Shown one piece after another: positions 60,170 to 64,000 of a DNA stretch of 64,000 nt. The position numbers and the translations under genes are program-made. The number at the start of each line of letters is the position of its first letter. Positions within the stretch are counted from its first letter, which is position 1. The stretch is taken from the NCBI RefSeq assembly GCF_024502345.1, contig NZ_JALDNN010000001.1; one strand, written 5' to 3'. Under the pieces are notes generated by a model. That model ran no database searches. It saw only the letters and a list, made by a program, of their open reading frames with translations, and was not told the DNA's origin. This DNA comes from Escherichia coli. GTDB taxonomy: Bacteria; Pseudomonadota; Gammaproteobacteria; Enterobacterales; Enterobacteriaceae.

Positions 60170-62482
60170 ATGCCTCGCTTGTTAACCAAACGCGGCTGCT
60201 GGATAACGCTGGCAGCTGCGCCATTTCTCCTTTTTCTTGCAGCGTGGGGAGCAGATAAACTCTGGCCTCTACCGCTGCATGAAGTCAATCCCGCACGAGT
60301 GGTCGTGGCGCAGGATGGTACGCCGCTCTGGCGCTTCGCCGATGCTGACGGCATCTGGCGTTATCCTGTAACAATCGAAGATGTTTCTCCTCGTTACCTT
60401 GAAGCGCTGATCAATTATGAAGATCGCTGGTTCTGGAAGCATCCTGGGGTGAATCCATTCTCGGTGGCGCGCGCAGCATGGCAAGATTTCACTTCGGGAC
60501 GGGTTATTTCCGGTGGCAGCACGCTCACTATGCAGGTTGCTCGTCTGCTTGATCCTCACCCCAAAACATTTGGCGGCAAAATTCGCCAGCTCTGGCGCGC
60601 GTTGCAACTGGAGTGGCATTTGTCTAAGCGTGAAATTCTGACCTTGTATCTTAACCGCGCTCCGTTTGGCGGTACGTTGCAGGGGATCGGTGCGGCAAGT
60701 TGGGCTTATCTCGGAAAGTCGCCTGCGAATTTAAGCTATTCCGAGGCGGCAATGCTGGCGGTTTTGCCGCAAGCGCCCAGCCGTCTTCGCCCGGATCGTT
60801 GGCCGGAGCGTGCCGAAGCCGCGCGTAATAAAGTGCTCGAACGGATGGCCGTGCAAGGTGTGTGGTCCCGTGAGCAGGTAAAAGAGTCAAGGGAAGAACC
60901 CATCTGGCTGGCACCCCGACAAATGCCGCAACTTGCACCGCTGTTTTCGCGCATGATGCTCGGTAAAAGCAAAAGCGACAAAATCGTTACTACGCTGGAT
61001 GCCGGTCTTCAACGACGTCTGGAAGAACTGGCGCAAAACTGGAAAGGACGTTTACCACCGCGCAGCTCACTGGCGATGATCGTGGTTGATCATACCGATA
61101 TACGTGTTCGCGGCTGGGTGGGATCGGTAGATCTCAACGATGATTCACGCTTTGGTCATGTTGATATGGTCAATGCGATCCGATCGCCAGGATCGGTGCT
61201 CAAACCGTTTGTTTATGGTCTGGCGCTGGATGAAGGCTTGATCCACCCGGCATCACTGCTGCAAGACGTCCCCCGGCGCACCGGTGATTATCGACCAGGT
61301 AACTTTGATAGCGGTTTTCATGGCCCGATCAGCATGAGCGAGGCGCTGGTGCGCTCGCTGAACTTACCTGCTGTGCAGGTGCTGGAAGCCTATGGACCGA
61401 AACGGTTTGCGGCAAAGTTACGCAATGTTGGATTGCCGTTATATTTGCCCAACGGTGCGGCGCCGAATCTTTCGCTCATTCTCGGCGGCGCTGGTGCAAA
61501 ACTGGAAGATATGGCGGCAGCGTATACCGCGTTTGCTCGCCACGGCAAGGCAGGCAAATTGCGCTTACAGCCTGACGATCCGCTGCTTGAACGGCCTTTA
61601 ATGTCGTCGGGGGCTGCGTGGATCATTCGCCGGATTATGGCTGATGAAGCGCAACCCTTGCCGGATGGTGCCTTGCCGCGCGTCGCCCCACTGGCATGGA
61701 AAACGGGCACCAGCTATGGCTATCGTGACGCCTGGGCGATTGGGGTTAACGCTCGCTATGTCATTGGGATCTGGACTGGCAGACCGGACGGCACGCCCGT
61801 TGTTGGTCAGTTTGGCTTTGCCAGTGCCGTACCATTGTTGAATCAGGTCAATAATATCTTACTGTCGCGCAGTGCTAATCTGCCGGAAGACCCGCGCCCG
61901 AACTCAGTCACTCGTGGCGTTATTTGCTGGCCGGGCGGACAGTCTTTGCCGGAAGGTGACGGTAACTGTCGCCGCCGCCTGGCAACCTGGCTGCTGGACG
62001 GGAGTCAGCCGCCAACTCTATTACTGCCGGAGCAGGAAGGCATTAATGGCATTCGTTTCCCCATCTGGCTGGATGAAAATGGCAAACGTGTTGCCGCTGA
62101 TTGCCCGCAAGCGCGACATGAAATGATAAATGTCTGGCCGCTACCGCTGGAACCCTGGTTGCCCGCATCAGAACGTCGCGCTGTGCGCTTACCACCGGCC
62201 TCGACAAGTTGCCCGCCATACGGTCACGATGCCCAGCTCCCGCTGCAGCTGACAGGCGTTCGCGATGGCGCGATTATTAAACGTTTACCGGGCGCAGCGG
62301 AAGCGACTTTGCCGTTGCAATCAAGTGGAGGGGCAGGTGAACGCTGGTGGTTTCTGAATGGCGAACCGTTAACTGAACGCGGGCGCAACGTGACCCTGCA
62401 TTTGACGGATAAAGGTGATTATCAATTGCTGGTGATGGATGACGTGGGGCAAATCGCGACAGTGAAATTTGTCATGCAATAG
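60170..62482 (+). CDS. pbpC: Penicillin-binding protein 1C (transglycosylase)
   Basis: 770 aa; ATG immediately follows yfhM stop; GT51 glycosyltransferase motifs and transpeptidase-like domain. Confidence 0.9.
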   Translation: MPRLLTKRGCWITLAAAPFLLFLAAWGADKLWPLPLHEVNPARVVVAQDGTPLWRFADADGIWRYPVTIEDVSPRYLEALINYEDRWFWKHPGVNPFSVARAAWQDFTSGRVISGGSTLTMQVARLLDPHPKTFGGKIRQLWRALQLEWHLSKREILTLYLNRAPFGGTLQGIGAASWAYLGKSPANLSYSEAAMLAVLPQAPSRLRPDRWPERAEAARNKVLERMAVQGVWSREQVKESREEPIWLAPRQMPQLAPLFSRMMLGKSKSDKIVTTLDAGLQRRLEELAQNWKGRLPPRSSLAMIVVDHTDIRVRGWVGSVDLNDDSRFGHVDMVNAIRSPGSVLKPFVYGLALDEGLIHPASLLQDVPRRTGDYRPGNFDSGFHGPISMSEALVRSLNLPAVQVLEAYGPKRFAAKLRNVGLPLYLPNGAAPNLSLILGGAGAKLEDMAAAYTAFARHGKAGKLRLQPDDPLLERPLMSSGAAWIIRRIMADEAQPLPDGALPRVAPLAWKTGTSYGYRDAWAIGVNARYVIGIWTGRPDGTPVVGQFGFASAVPLLNQVNNILLSRSANLPEDPRPNSVTRGVICWPGGQSLPEGDGNCRRRLATWLLDGSQPPTLLLPEQEGINGIRFPIWLDENGKRVAADCPQARHEMINVWPLPLEPWLPASERRAVRLPPASTSCPPYGHDAQLPLQLTGVRDGAIIKRLPGAAEATLPLQSSGGAGERWWFLNGEPLTERGRNVTLHLTDKGDYQLLVMDDVGQIATVKFVMQ

Positions 62483-62568
62483 TCTGTTTTGTCCCTGATT
62501 GTTGCTAAAACTCATTTTATTTTAAAAAAATGTTACCTTCATCAATAGTCAACGGCCCTGTTGCTCAT

Positions 62569-62574
62569 TATAAT
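62569..62574 (+). promoter_or_regulatory. Candidate ndk -10 hexamer
   Basis: Perfect TATAAT 57 nt upstream of ndk ATG; -35 weak (tagtca). Confidence 0.35.
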
Positions 62575-62630
62575 CCGCGCCATCTCGTACGCTGGTACAG
62601 ACAACAACAGAACAATTTACAGAGGTAAAA

Positions 62631-63062
62631 ATGGCTATTGAACGTACTTTTTCCATCATCAAACCGAACGCGGTAGCAAAAAACGTCATTGGTAATATCT
62701 TTGCGCGCTTTGAAGCTGCAGGGTTCAAAATTGTCGGCACCAAAATGCTGCACCTGACCGTTGAACAGGCACGTGGCTTTTATGCTGAACACGATGGAAA
62801 ACCGTTCTTTGATGGTCTGGTTGAATTCATGACCTCTGGCCCGATCGTGGTTTCCGTGCTGGAAGGTGAAAACGCCGTTCAGCGTCACCGCGATCTGCTG
62901 GGCGCGACCAATCCGGCAAACGCACTGGCTGGTACTCTGCGCGCTGATTACGCTGACAGCCTGACCGAAAACGGTACCCACGGTTCTGATTCCGTCGAAT
63001 CTGCCGCTCGCGAAATCGCTTATTTCTTTGGCGAAGGCGAAGTGTGCCCGCGCACCCGTTAA
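62631..63062 (+). CDS. ndk: Nucleoside diphosphate kinase
   Basis: 143 aa [15 protein letters not shown]; active-site His region NGTHGSDS. Confidence 0.96.
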
Positions 63063-63122
63063 TAATTTCGTAAATGCCGCGTGCAAACGTGGCATCCGTG
63101 CGCCAGAATTTGTACAATGCAG

Positions 63123-63165
63123 CGCCCCCGGACGAGCAGCCGCTCACCGGGGCGTTTCTTTTTTC
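63123..63165 (+). terminator. Possible attenuating hairpin/terminator between ndk and rlmN
   Basis: GC-rich imperfect stem (cccccgg ... ccgggg) followed by tttcttttttc; long loop lowers confidence. Confidence 0.35.
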
Positions 63166-63211
63166 AACCCTCCAGGGGCCATAACGTGTAATAACGAGGC
63201 CGGAATAGCAT

Positions 63212-64000
63212 ATGTCTGAACAATTAGTCACACCTGAAAACGTCACCACGAAAGATGGAAAAATCAACCTGCTGGATCTCAACCGTCAGCAGATGCGGGA
63301 GTTTTTTAAAGATTTAGGTGAAAAACCCTTCCGCGCCGATCAGGTGATGAAGTGGATGTATCACTATTGCTGCGACAACTTTGATGAGATGACCGACATC
63401 AACAAAGTGTTGCGCGGCAAACTGAAAGAGGTGGCGGAAATCCGCGCACCGGAAGTGGTTGAAGAACAGCGTTCATCCGACGGCACCATTAAATGGGCGA
63501 TCGCCGTTGGCGATCAGCGCGTCGAAACGGTGTATATCCCGGAAGACGACCGTGCCACGCTCTGCGTCTCTTCGCAGGTGGGGTGTGCGCTGGAGTGTAA
63601 ATTCTGTTCCACCGCCCAGCAGGGCTTTAACCGCAACCTGCGGGTGTCGGAAATTATCGGCCAGGTGTGGCGTGCGGCGAAAATCGTCGGCGCAGCAAAA
63701 GTCACCGGTCAGCGCCCAATCACTAACGTAGTGATGATGGGCATGGGCGAGCCGCTGCTCAACCTGAACAACGTCGTTCCGGCGATGGAAATCATGCTTG
63801 ATGATTTCGGTTTTGGCCTGTCTAAACGTCGCGTCACGCTTTCTACTTCCGGTGTAGTTCCGGCGCTGGATAAACTGGGCGATATGATCGACGTTGCACT
63901 GGCAATTTCCCTGCACGCGCCGAACGACGAAATTCGTGACGAAATTGTGCCGATCAACAAAAAGTACAATATCGAAACGTTCCTTGCTGCGGTGCGCCGT
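63212..64000 (+). CDS. rlmN: Dual-specificity rRNA/tRNA methyltransferase RlmN (radical SAM); 3' end outside window
   Basis: ATG 63212 ([23 protein letters not shown]); radical SAM CxxxCxxC motif (CALECKFC) in frame; open to window end. Confidence 0.9.

Overview
The window reads as an Escherichia coli-type chromosomal segment, colinear (in reverse orientation) with the K-12 region lepA-lepB-rnc-era-recO-pdxJ-acpS / shoB / yfhL-yfhH-pgpC-tadA-mltF / purL-glmY-glrK-qseG-glrR-glnB / hmp / glyA / yphH-yphA / hcaDBCFE-hcaR-hcaT / csiE-yfhR-suhB-trmJ / iscRSUA-hscBA-fdx-iscX / pepB-sseB-sseA / yfhM-pbpC / ndk-rlmN. Gene names come from recognising the translated proteins and expected lengths from memory; no database search was run. 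Almost all content is core housekeeping, and I found no large novel gene cluster, prophage, defence island, CRISPR array or tRNA gene. The departures worth attention are: (1) a 1057-bp IS903-group insertion sequence with 18-bp perfect inverted repeats and a 9-bp target duplication splitting yphF; (2) a single in-frame TAG splitting yphB in the same cluster; (3) two type-I toxin-antitoxin-like loci, shoB/ohsC and a ryfA/timP-like locus between sseB and sseA, each with a direct repeat that would let a divergent small RNA pair with the toxin mRNA leader; (4) the glmY small RNA with a sigma54 promoter and three TGTC-N10-GACA sites; (5) two near-identical REP doublets about 30 kb apart. Coordinates of CDS starts were set by matching expected protein length and Shine-Dalgarno context, so several differ from the longest-ORF track.
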